Part shown: one piece after another, positions 51,306 through 60,449 of the stretch
Layout: every line of letters begins with the position of its first letter
Position numbering within the stretch: position 1 is the stretch's first letter
Assembly (NCBI GenBank): GCA_050287845.1
Contig: JBNKCR010000013.1
Span: 32,001-96,000, forward strand
DNA from: Polyangia bacterium
Lineage (GTDB): Bacteria; Myxococcota_A; Polyangia; JAAYKL01
Direction: 5' to 3'
DNA length: 64,000 nucleotides
Translations under genes and position numbers: made by a program
Notes under the pieces: generated by a model
The model's input: the letters and a program-made list of their open reading frames with translations, nothing else
The model's database searches: none
What the model was told of the DNA's origin: nothing

Positions 51306-51625
51306 CGTTTTTCCTCTGTATCTGAACATTTTTCAGTGAATTGCGCGGCAGAAAATCACCGCAAAAGATACCTTAAACTTACCCTTCCCACACCGCCATG
51401 TCCACAAAATATCACCAAATCAAGGTAATCCGGACAATCCCCAGTCACTCCCGGAAAAGGTGTCTGAAGTTTTAAGATGAGCTCTGGTTTCATTGCCGTA
51501 TGGATCCTCTGTTTTTATCCGCCCGCGCAAACACCCGAGCCTGCTGCTGATGCCACGGCAACCGTAGACATGAAGAACCAGATAAATGTGAATTGTTTCA
51601 TTTTCGAAAGAATAAAAGAAGCGCC

Positions 51626-52201
51626 TCAGAAATGGGTCATGGTGAATACCGCACCGGCGCCATGACGGCCAATGGGGGTGGGGGTAAACATGAAACGGGG
51701 TGCCGTTGCCGCCTGTTTGGCTTTGGGCTCCCGCTTGATGATCATCCCTGCGGTGAATAATCCGGCGCCCACAATCTGCAGCACCCCGGCCATCACCAGA
51801 ACCCCCTTGAACGCAGACTCCACTTCAATATCGTCGTTGCTGTTACCAAGGGCAACAAACGGGCCCGCCAAAGGAATCAGGGCATATCCCACCGACTGCC
51901 CTTTGGCATCGTCTTCGGACAATGCCGCATTGCCGATAATATTAGCCAGATACACCGAGCCGAACAAAGCAAGCCCACTGATCCACAACGGCTTGATGCG
52001 CTCTTTTTTCACCGCCTCACCTTCGGACGCGACAGCATCGCCCGCATCCATTTCAACCGCAGGCGCCTCCGGCCCAACCTGTTCAGCTGGCATTTCATCG
52101 CCGCAATCCACACCGTCAACACATTGGGCGGTTGCGTTCAGTGTTGAAAGTGATATTGTCGCTAAAATAAATACTGAAAACCAAATACAGTTTTTTTTCA
52201 T
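51626..52201 (-). CDS. Hypothetical exported membrane protein
   Basis: Signal peptide, acidic linker, hydrophobic segments with IPLAGPF, C-terminal Phe. Confidence 0.7.
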   Translation of the reverse strand: MKKNCIWFSVFILATISLSTLNATAQCVDGVDCGDEMPAEQVGPEAPAVEMDAGDAVASEGEAVKKERIKPLWISGLALFGSVYLANIIGNAALSEDDAKGQSVGYALIPLAGPFVALGNSNDDIEVESAFKGVLVMAGVLQIVGAGLFTAGMIIKREPKAKQAATAPRFMFTPTPIGRHGAGAVFTMTHF

Positions 52202-52225
52202 ATTCTTATTTTCCTCACAATAAAA

Positions 52226-53011
52226 TCAGAACTGACAAGTTACGGTAGTATTGGTCAACGCTACACATTCCCCCCTACATGACGCCCGACCCCAATTCCA
52301 TCCAACAGACTCATAATAATTGCAATGCAGAATGTCACCTTCTTTGCAAATATCATATTCACCGGTTTCATTGCTGCATGGATCCGCAAATTCACAGGAT
52401 GCAGTGCGAAAACCTTCTTCATCCGTTGACTGTTCGCAAACCATGTTCTCTCCCATGAGACAAAACTGGGAAGCATTATGCGCCCAAACACCGTTCTCAC
52501 ACTCCAGAAAACCATCGTCGTCTACACACATGGATTCCCCTTCCAGACATTCCCCTTCTGCAAAGGCAAACCCCGCATGACCGTCGCTGTGCTCCACGCA
52601 ATAGGGCAGCTCATTCCGGTTATCCAGAATCACAACGGCATTATTTCCGCCGTCTTCACCGCACATGGCGATGTACGAACCATCCGGCGCGCACTTCTGA
52701 ATGCCTGCTTCGGTATCACTGCAGGTGATGGTTGGGACGGCGCACCCCCGGGTATAGCTTTTGGATCCCTGGTCTTCAAAGTCAAATGACACCCTGGTTT
52801 CAGTACACTTCGCATCGTACTCACTGCAATTCATCTCGATGACCCACCTTTGATAATCCTGATCACACACCATTACCCGGTTGGCCTCACATTTGGGTCT
52901 GTCGTGAAGCCAATCACAACGATCTTTACACCCCACCATCAAAAGAGCGCTCAACACAGCGCTCCCCAGCAATGTCACCTGAACCAATCGAATTATTTTT
53001 TTTTGCATCAT
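52226..53011 (-). CDS. Cys-rich lipoprotein B' (23 Cys)
   Basis: Lipobox MVGC; ATG overlaps the A' stop (ATGA); paralogue of 53244..54041. Confidence 0.8.
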   Translation of the reverse strand: MMQKKIIRLVQVTLLGSAVLSALLMVGCKDRCDWLHDRPKCEANRVMVCDQDYQRWVIEMNCSEYDAKCTETRVSFDFEDQGSKSYTRGCAVPTITCSDTEAGIQKCAPDGSYIAMCGEDGGNNAVVILDNRNELPYCVEHSDGHAGFAFAEGECLEGESMCVDDDGFLECENGVWAHNASQFCLMGENMVCEQSTDEEGFRTASCEFADPCSNETGEYDICKEGDILHCNYYESVGWNWGRASCRGECVALTNTTVTCQF

Positions 53012-53211
53012 TCCACTATGCATCCTGATTCAAACGAGATGCTCAACTCACAATCCTCATCCTCAGTGCCAGACTGACAACGCACCATAACTCTGGCAGT
53101 GTCTACACGACCAAATTTCATATTTGTTAAAGTGACTCCTGGCTGCATAACAGAAAAGACTCCAAATAGTATCATTATTACGGGTATGGATATTCGACTG
53201 CCATTTATCAT
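53008..53211 (-). pseudogene. A': 67-aa internally deleted remnant (or mini-protein) homologous to the C-terminus of 54046..54819
   Basis: AAGGAG SD + ATG, hydrophobic leader, then RVMVRCQSGTEDEDCELSISFESGCIVE versus RIMQSCQFGAEDENCELQIHFLSSCMVE. Confidence 0.65.
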
Positions 53212-53243
53212 CGTTTCTCCTTAATCTATTGGTCATTGTCGGT

Positions 53244-54041
53244 TTATTGACATACGATTTGAGTTTCCGAAATCTCAATACATTTTCTTCCACCTGAACA
53301 GGTTGCAGGCATCCAGAACCATCCTGACGACTCATCTTTGACACAATGAAACATGAGAGATTCCGACTTGCACATGTCATATTCACCAGTTTCACTACTA
53401 CAAGGATCCGCAAATTCACAGGACGCAGTGCGAAAACCGTCACCTTCGGCTTCTTGTTCACAAACTAAATTCTGCTCAAGAAAACACGTTCCCAAAGATT
53501 GGTCGTCCGCCCACACTCCATCCTCGCATTCCAGATAGCCTTCTTCATCCACGCAGATAGACTCCCCTTCCAAACACTCTCCCTCCCTCCATGCAAACGC
53601 CGCATGACCGTCGCTGTGTTCCACGCAAAAGGGTAGTTCGTCCCAGTTGTCCAGTATAACGACGGCATTACCCCCACCGTCTTCGCTGCACATGGCAATG
53701 TACGAATGATTCGCCGCGCACTTCTGCTTGCCTGCTTCGGTTTCATCACATGTGATGGAAGGCACCGCACACCCCCATGGATAGTGAGTGGTATCGACCA
53801 CCGCATCCTTGTGAAACGTCACATCTGTCCGGGTGCATCGGGCGCTATAGTCGCCGCAATCCATCTCTGTAAACCACTTTCGACTATTGAAATCGCAATA
53901 CATCAGCTGATTGCCATCGCATTTAAACTGATCATGAACGGGATCACAGCGATCCTTACAGCCCCCCAACCAGAGAGCGCTCAACAGAGCGCTCCCCAGC
54001 AATGTCACCTGAACAAATCGATTCATTTTACGTGTCATCAT
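53244..54041 (-). CDS. Cys-rich lipoprotein B (23 Cys)
   Basis: Lipobox LGGC; ATG just after the gene A stop; the ORF-track extension to 54239 overlaps gene A. Confidence 0.8.
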   Translation of the reverse strand: MMTRKMNRFVQVTLLGSALLSALWLGGCKDRCDPVHDQFKCDGNQLMYCDFNSRKWFTEMDCGDYSARCTRTDVTFHKDAVVDTTHYPWGCAVPSITCDETEAGKQKCAANHSYIAMCSEDGGGNAVVILDNWDELPFCVEHSDGHAAFAWREGECLEGESICVDEEGYLECEDGVWADDQSLGTCFLEQNLVCEQEAEGDGFRTASCEFADPCSSETGEYDMCKSESLMFHCVKDESSGWFWMPATCSGGRKCIEISETQIVCQ

Positions 54042-54045
54042 CACA

Positions 54046-54819
54046 CTATTCCACCATGCAACTTGAAAGGAAATGAATCTGGAGCTCACAGTTTTCATCC
54101 TCTGCGCCAAACTGACAGCTTTGCATAATCCTGACGTCTTCCACGCCATTCTGCACCTGGTTGCGAGTGATCCCTGTGAATGAATTCGGTTGATATACAC
54201 AAGCCTCCGGTGTGAGGTTTTCATCCCACTCGCCGCCATTCACATGGTGAATGCTTTCACTAAAGGATGAACTTCCCTGCGCCCGGGTATACACCGCGGT
54301 GCGCATAATGGTTGCGGGACAATCCCCCTGACTGATGACGTCCTCAAACGTCCTTTGTTGAATATTAAAAATACTTTCCCCGGCACTACCATCATCCAGG
54401 GTCTCACTCAGATAACGCAACTCCACCCAGAACTGATTGGGGCACACATCACCCGCAATAATATTCTGAGACGCGCGGTACGTCTTTATAACGCAGCGAC
54501 TGGTATCCGGTACGTTCGGGTCATCCAACGACAGAATCACATCCATGGGGCAGGGCTCACATGTCTCCGTGGTGCTGTTCCATCCCGTCCCATCAGCGCA
54601 CCCCACACATTCCCCAAGGGTTTTACTGAAAAGCTCATTGTCCGGGCAGGGTACACACTCATCGCCCACTGGCTTTTCATTTGCAGCGCAGGCATCACAC
54701 GTATTACCAACTGTTCTTTCGCCCGGGTCACATGGCCTACAATATGCCTTCCATTTCCAATCAGACCAATCCATTTGTGCAACATGCAACGGTGGGCAAA
54801 TATTGCACTCATGGTCCAT
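54046..54819 (-). CDS. Gene A: CxxC-repeat (furin/GCC2-like) protein, probably 5'-truncated
   Basis: CRPC, CDAC, CVPC, CVGC, CEPC repeats then a globular C-domain; no signal peptide or SD; in-frame TGA just upstream. Confidence 0.6.
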   Translation of the reverse strand: MDHECNICPPLHVAQMDWSDWKWKAYCRPCDPGERTVGNTCDACAANEKPVGDECVPCPDNELFSKTLGECVGCADGTGWNSTTETCEPCPMDVILSLDDPNVPDTSRCVIKTYRASQNIIAGDVCPNQFWVELRYLSETLDDGSAGESIFNIQQRTFEDVISQGDCPATIMRTAVYTRAQGSSSFSESIHHVNGGEWDENLTPEACVYQPNSFTGITRNQVQNGVEDVRIMQSCQFGAEDENCELQIHFLSSCMVE

Positions 54820-55416
54820 CGATCAAAATGAAAACAATAATAAACCGCGGGACAAAACAAACCTCGCGACTTATTGAATTTGCAGATGAACTCAATACGA
54901 TATATGACGTGGTATCCGGTTTGAAAACAGCTGTCAATCGGTTTTAAGCTAATTGCGCTGTCCAAAAAAACGCATCACAACAGAGTCTGAGACAGTGCAA
55001 GAAAAAAGATACCCCAGGAACCGTGTTCCTGAGGAAGTCAAACGACCATATGAGGCGCCTCGAAGAGCCGGTTCAGCTGAGCTCAACTGCCTTCGAGACG
55101 GCTGGTTTGGACGTTGCACCAACGCGGACTCTAACAGGGCTTTTAAGAAAATGGTTACAGCGCAGTTAGCTTGCTGCAACCCGGTATTGTGATGGTGCGA
55201 TGGTTTGTGGTGCGGATATGAACTGCGCTTCTGTACCGGGTCTCTGCCGGATGGTTCCCCTGCCGGATTGAAAGTCAACGGTTGTGTATCACCAGTTCCC
55301 GTCAATCAGAACCTGATGCTTCATCGGGACCGCTGGCCGAATTCGTCGCCAATTTTCTCTACTTCGTGTAAAGTTGTTTCCATCCATTCAACCAGCAGAT
55401 TGAGGAGGCGCCGGAT

Positions 55417-56916
55417 ATGTCAATTCCAGCGATACTGGCAATCGATCAGGGAACCACGAGCAGCAGAGCCATTGCATTTGATCTCAACGGCAACATCATC
55501 GCGATGTCCCAGCAGCCATTTACGCAGATTTATCCACACACCGGATGGGTGGAGCACAATCCGGAAGACATCTGGTCAACGACACTGAAGGTGATCCGCG
55601 AAACCGCCGCGAAGGTGGAAGGAGGCCCTCACCGACTTACTGCAGTAGGAATCACCAATCAGCGGGAAACAACCCTGGTGTGGGACCGGGAGAGTGGAAA
55701 GCCCATTTACAACGCTATCGTGTGGCAGGACAGGCGAACCGCCGCACGATGTCAGACACTGGATGCGGAAGGTCTCTCCCACACCATCACATCGAAGACC
55801 GGCCTTCTCATCGACCCCTATTTTTCCGCGACCAAGGTGGCCTGGATTCTGGACCATGTTCCCGGCGCCCGTCGACGGGCGGCGGATGGACGTCTTGCAT
55901 TTGGAACGGTGGACAGTTTTCTGATCTGGCGCCTGACAGGCGGACGGGTCCATGCAACGGATGCCACCAATGCCAGTAGAACCTGTCTATTCAACATCCA
56001 CCGGAACACCTGGGATGAAGACCTTCTGCGCATCTTCAACGTTCCGAAGTCGGTGTTACCGGAGGTTCGTGACAGCTCCGGCAGCTATGGGGACACGCTC
56101 CCGGAAATAATGGGTCGTTCGGTACCCATTTCGGGTGTTGCCGGCGACCAGCAGGCAGCGACCATTGGGCAATGCTGCTTCCGTTCGGGGCAAATCAAGA
56201 GTACATACGGCACCGGATGCTTTGTCCTGATGAATACCGGTAGCCAGGTGGTTCAATCCAGAAGTCGGCTGCTTTCCACCATCGCGTATTGCCTGGACGG
56301 TAAAAACACCTATGCCCTTGAAGGTACAATCTTCATTGCCGGCGCCGCGGTTCAATGGCTGCGGGACAACCTGGGGATCATTGCCAGTGCCAGAGACACT
56401 GAAGCACTGGCGGCAAACCTGGAAAATAATCGCGGCGTCTATATGGTACCTGCCTTCACCGGTCTGGGGGCGCCTCACTGGCAGCCGGATGCCAGGGGGG
56501 CGATATTGGGACTGGGCCGGGATACGGGACCTGAAGAATTGGTGCGGGCGGCACTGGAATCAGTGGCATATCAAACATGGGATCTGCTGGCGGCCATGGC
56601 GGATGATGGCGTCCACCCCACTGCACTTAAAGTGGATGGCGGGATGTCTGCCAACAACTGGTTGATGCAATTTCTGGCAGATATCACCACCCTGACAATC
56701 GAGCGCCCTGAGGTCATGGAAACCACGGCCCTCGGCGTGGCATACCTCGCCGGGCTGCATACAGGACTTTTCGAATCGCTGGAATCCATCTCAGCCCACT
56801 GGCGCTGCCATCATCAATTCCATCCTGCCATGGAAGACCACAACCGAAGAGCCCTTCTCTCCGGCTGGCATGACGCCGTGAATCGAACCATTGGTCAACA
56901 TTTACAGAAAAAATGA
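55417..56916 (+). CDS. glpK: Glycerol kinase
   Basis: [55 protein letters not shown]. Confidence 0.97.
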   Translation: MSIPAILAIDQGTTSSRAIAFDLNGNIIAMSQQPFTQIYPHTGWVEHNPEDIWSTTLKVIRETAAKVEGGPHRLTAVGITNQRETTLVWDRESGKPIYNAIVWQDRRTAARCQTLDAEGLSHTITSKTGLLIDPYFSATKVAWILDHVPGARRRAADGRLAFGTVDSFLIWRLTGGRVHATDATNASRTCLFNIHRNTWDEDLLRIFNVPKSVLPEVRDSSGSYGDTLPEIMGRSVPISGVAGDQQAATIGQCCFRSGQIKSTYGTGCFVLMNTGSQVVQSRSRLLSTIAYCLDGKNTYALEGTIFIAGAAVQWLRDNLGIIASARDTEALAANLENNRGVYMVPAFTGLGAPHWQPDARGAILGLGRDTGPEELVRAALESVAYQTWDLLAAMADDGVHPTALKVDGGMSANNWLMQFLADITTLTIERPEVMETTALGVAYLAGLHTGLFESLESISAHWRCHHQFHPAMEDHNRRALLSGWHDAVNRTIGQHLQKK

Positions 56917-57025
56917 AAGGCAATTGAGCGACTGCGGAAAAACCGATGTATTACAGTGCCTTTTAAGCTCTTTTTTTGCAATTTAACCCACCGCCGGCCG
57001 AGTGGTCCTGTAAGAGGAGGCCCAT

Positions 57026-57430
57026 TTGAACCAGCAATCGCAAATACTGATACCACTTTTCTGCATATTAATTCTGACATCCATTGCCACAGTGAGCCAA
57101 TACCTGACTCGCCAACAGAATCAATTCATGTCACAACCGGACTTCACCGACACATACTGCAAAGGCCAGCCCGTGAGGACGTGGCGCCCGGCAAAACGCC
57201 AGCTCTGCAACATCGGGATTTTCCTCAACAGCGACCGCGCTGACGCACTGGTATACTTGCCGAACATCGGTCCAAAGCGGGCACGCGCCATTGAACAGTA
57301 CAGACGAACCCACGGACCGTTTAAATCTCTGGACGAACTGAACAATATATCAGGCATTGGCCCCGGAACCATTCAACAGATACAACCCTGGATAGAAGAT
57401 GTATCCGCGAACGGAATGCATCCACAATAG
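57026..57430 (+). CDS. ComEA-like helix-hairpin-helix DNA-binding protein
   Basis: N-terminal TM; LPNIGPKRARAIEQYR..HGPF.SLDEL.NISGIGP; GGAGG SD before TTG. Confidence 0.85.
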   Translation: MNQQSQILIPLFCILILTSIATVSQYLTRQQNQFMSQPDFTDTYCKGQPVRTWRPAKRQLCNIGIFLNSDRADALVYLPNIGPKRARAIEQYRRTHGPFKSLDELNNISGIGPGTIQQIQPWIEDVSANGMHPQ

Positions 57431-57528
57431 ACATCTCCGCCAGACTCAGCAAAAGGATAAATTGCACGGAAGTGCACAACAGACCACAGTCCCATGACTG
57501 CGAAAGCGAGGAAAATCGAATCTTCGTT

Positions 57529-57927
57529 TTAACGCTTGGAGAACTGGAAGGAGCGACGGGCGCCGCGCTTACCATATTTCTTACGCTCCACTTCACGAGC
57601 GTCACGGGTCAGGAATCCCGCTTTCTTCAGCGGTGCACGGTGATCCGGAACCGCTTTTTCCAACGCGCGGGAGATACCGAACCGACATGCTTCTGCCTGT
57701 GCGGAAGTTCCCCCTCCGGTCACGTTGATCAGAAAATCGTATTTTTCATTCGATTCTACCAGTTCAAGAGGCTGACGCATAATCATTCTCAAAATGGAGC
57801 GAGGGAAATATACTGATTCGTCCTTACGATTAACAATAACTTTTCCAGTGCCAGGGGTCATCCAAACACGGGCAATTGCTCTTTTTCTTCTACCGGTTGC
57901 ATACCAACGATCTAAATTCTCAGACAT
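57529..57927 (-). CDS. rpsI: 30S ribosomal protein S9
   Basis: ATGRRK.AIARV, GGG.SAQA, LTRDAREVERKK.G...AR...QFSKR. Confidence 0.98.
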   Translation of the reverse strand: MSENLDRWYATGRRKRAIARVWMTPGTGKVIVNRKDESVYFPRSILRMIMRQPLELVESNEKYDFLINVTGGGTSAQAEACRFGISRALEKAVPDHRAPLKKAGFLTRDAREVERKKYGKRGARRSFQFSKR

Positions 57928-57940
57928 TTGTCCAACCTCT

Positions 57941-58375
57941 CTACAGTTCTAACGTTTCCGCTTTCTGAGCCACATACCCGTGTTCCGGACAGGCACCAGC
58001 GTGAACTTTCAGTTTACTGAACATCTGACCGCCAAGTCTGGACTTTGGCAGCATTCCCTTTACTGCAAACTGAATCAGCTTTGTCGGATCCTTCTGCAAC
58101 AATTCTCCTGCACTGGTTTCCACCAAGCTGCCCATCCACTTGGAATGGCGATAATATTTTTTGTTTTTAAGTTTCGTGCCGGTCAATTTGATTTTGTCCG
58201 CATTGATTGCGATTACATAATCACCGGTATCCACATGCGGGGTGTACGCAGGTTTGTTTTTTCCCATCAGCATCGTTGCAATGGCAGAGGCGGCTCTACC
58301 GAGGGTTTTCCCCTGCAGATCAACGATGAACCAACGAGCTTCAATATCACCAGGTTTTGCATTGTATGTACGCAT
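57941..58375 (-). CDS. rplM: 50S ribosomal protein L13
   Basis: LGR.AS.IA..L.GK.KP.YTPHVDTGD, YYRHS, AVKGMLPK. Confidence 0.98.
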   Translation of the reverse strand: MRTYNAKPGDIEARWFIVDLQGKTLGRAASAIATMLMGKNKPAYTPHVDTGDYVIAINADKIKLTGTKLKNKKYYRHSKWMGSLVETSAGELLQKDPTKLIQFAVKGMLPKSRLGGQMFSKLKVHAGACPEHGYVAQKAETLEL

Positions 58376-58450
58376 TATTTGCTCCCAAAATTATCTCAAA
58401 ACAAGTGTTATCGGGGACTTATTTCAATTACCCCTCCAACAGAGCGCTAT

Positions 58451-58479
58451 TTCTTATGCTGAAGTCCAGCGACTGTCAA
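58451..58479 (-). promoter_or_regulatory. Sigma70-type promoter for rplM-rpsI
   Basis: TTGACA-17-TAAGAA. Confidence 0.65.
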
Positions 58480-58550
58480 GCATGGAATACAAAAAAAGCA
58501 TGTCCTCTTCAGCGTAAACCATAAAAACAGAACCTGACACTGAACGATGT

Positions 58551-58835
58551 TTATAGAATTTTGAAATCCTTCGGCTTTTCGAGAAGCTGTGCGGCCAGTT
58601 CCCGATACTGGTTCTCGACCAAATCACTGAGTGTATTTCCCCGGCTCATGGTTTCCCGTAAAAACTCCTCTGTCCGTTTGTACTCCGACCAGGCGACATC
58701 GAACTCTTCGAAAGTCATCTTATGTACGATATAGCCATCGTTCCGCACGGGTTCACCAAATGTCACATCACTGAACTTCTCTTCAAATATTTTAAGATAC
58801 CGATGAAAGATATCCTTATTATCCTGAATCATCAC
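58551..58835 (-). CDS. Hypothetical small acidic cytoplasmic protein
   Basis: GAGG SD, protein-like composition, fills the gap between neighbours. Confidence 0.65.
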   Translation of the reverse strand: MMIQDNKDIFHRYLKIFEEKFSDVTFGEPVRNDGYIVHKMTFEEFDVAWSEYKRTEEFLRETMSRGNTLSDLVENQYRELAAQLLEKPKDFKIL

Positions 58836-58890
58836 GTCACCTCTTCATTTTATTCGCGATGTTCCTAACACATAAAAAAAAATAAACAAG

Positions 58891-59493
58891 TCACACTGAC
58901 AAAGCACTTAAAATCCAGACAATTGCACCTGCCATACTGGAGACGACAAAAACCAGACGCGCTCTTTTCTCCTGACTCCAAATCGCCAACAACGCCCCGA
59001 TTATCCAGATCAGCAGACCGAACCACAGTAGAATCACGCCCGCAGTTGACGGATCCTCCAGACCGTCTTTTTCAATACTTCCCGCATTCTTTGTGGTGCG
59101 CAGGAAGTCAAGTCTGGCATGTGCCTCGGCCAGATACGACTTGAAAGGCTGTGAAACATGCCGCTGTGATACAACACTGCGGCGAATCACTTCCCACACA
59201 TACACTGCCTGACGCGTATCTCCGCGCATCTCCGCACTTCTGGCAAGAATGGACAACTCCCGGAGCGCCCGTCGCGGATACGGATTTCCCGGAAAATACG
59301 TTTTGGCGGCATTTTCATACGTCTGCACAATCATTCGCCATGATTCGCCATCCGCCTGTGCCTGTTTCGCATTTTCGTAATGCCGCTTCCCATCCAAAAA
59401 AAGTCGGCCGGAAAGTACCGCCACTCCCAGTCCCACAAAAAGTGCGGCGGACACCAGAAATCGCAACAGAGGAGCGCTTTTAAAATTGAACAC
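58891..59493 (-). CDS. Hypothetical membrane protein
   Basis: One N-terminal and two C-terminal TMs; GTG overlaps the permease stop. Confidence 0.65.
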   Translation of the reverse strand: MFNFKSAPLLRFLVSAALFVGLGVAVLSGRLFLDGKRHYENAKQAQADGESWRMIVQTYENAAKTYFPGNPYPRRALRELSILARSAEMRGDTRQAVYVWEVIRRSVVSQRHVSQPFKSYLAEAHARLDFLRTTKNAGSIEKDGLEDPSTAGVILLWFGLLIWIIGALLAIWSQEKRARLVFVVSSMAGAIVWILSALSV

Positions 59494-60281
59494 TACAGAA
59501 AATCCCTGCGATTCAGAATGATGATCGATGCGGTCAGAAACGCAGCACATACCGCCACCCCGTATGCCATGGTCGATAAAAGATAACCATTGGAGATGAA
59601 CTGAGCGTGAACCGTCGCAAATGCGCCTTCCACTATTTTTCCACTGGGATAGAACAGATACAGGTTGGGCAATACCGTTGAAACGCCCTTGAATAATGGG
59701 GCAAACGCTTCAAGCTTCTCCTGTTTGGCCAGCTCTGCTATCAGATTGGCATTTCTTCCGGCCACAAACAGGCCCAGGCAGAATATACCGCTGAGGAATG
59801 GACTGCTGAAGGAGGTGAAAAACAACGCCATCGCTATCATGATGAGAACTTCGACGTATATCAGGGCCACCGCCGTAACCAGTCCGAAAGTGATGTGGCC
59901 GCCCTGAAATCGAACGAGGGGGAAAAACACCATCAACATCAGACATATCTGCACCAGAAGCACTGCGGCGATTCCAAAAAACTTTCCCAGAAGATATGCC
60001 GGACGACTGACAGGCTTGGAAAGAACCGGGTAAATGGTTCGTTTCTGAATTTCTTTATTCAGCAGGTTAATACCGATAAAAATCGCAATGAGCACCGAAA
60101 ACAGAGAGATTCCGAACAGCCCTACATCTATTGTGGTGCGCAGTTGCTGCCCGAGAGACAACTGCCCCAACACAAGGCTGAACAGAATGATACACACTGC
60201 AAAAAAAAGAAAACCATAAAGAATTTTGTCCCGTATGGCTTCCCGAAATGTATTGTGCGCAATTGCCAGAATTTTCTTCAT
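59493..60281 (-). CDS. ABC-2-type permease (PilI/NosY-like)
   Basis: IAHNTFREAIRDKILY, EIQKRTIY.VLSKPVSR..YLLGKF.G; start reassigned to ATG 60281. Confidence 0.88.
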   Translation of the reverse strand: MKKILAIAHNTFREAIRDKILYGFLFFAVCIILFSLVLGQLSLGQQLRTTIDVGLFGISLFSVLIAIFIGINLLNKEIQKRTIYPVLSKPVSRPAYLLGKFFGIAAVLLVQICLMLMVFFPLVRFQGGHITFGLVTAVALIYVEVLIMIAMALFFTSFSSPFLSGIFCLGLFVAGRNANLIAELAKQEKLEAFAPLFKGVSTVLPNLYLFYPSGKIVEGAFATVHAQFISNGYLLSTMAYGVAVCAAFLTASIIILNRRDFL

Positions 60282-60370
60282 CACTTGTTCCTGTAAAAAT
60301 ATTTCAGGCAATTCTACTGGAAAAATGCCTGCCGCCAAATCTTTATCCGGATTTTGTTTTTCTGGCAAAT

Positions 60371-60410
60371 CACCGGGAAAATTCCCGGTGTCAAACGGGG
60401 AATTTTCCCG
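60371..60410. repeat. Nested inverted repeats (alternative hairpins)
   Basis: CACCGGG-AAAATT-CCCGGTG and CGGGAAAATTCCC...GGGAATTTTCCCG. Confidence 0.7.
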
Positions 60411-60449
60411 ATTGGTACTTTGAAGAACTTGAATTTGTATTTTTTTTAG

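Noticed and set aside
51524..51572. c-di-GMP-I riboswitch (GCAAAC...GCCT...ACGGCAACC)
   Set aside because: No upstream GGCAAA/GNRA P1 hairpin and no downstream sense gene
54828..54947. 39-aa ORF resembling an MCP C-terminus
   Set aside because: Too short, no SD, resemblance limited to a few residues
55129..55171. Integron attC site (CTCTAAC...GTTAGCT)
   Set aside because: Too short, no internal L-box symmetry, no integrase
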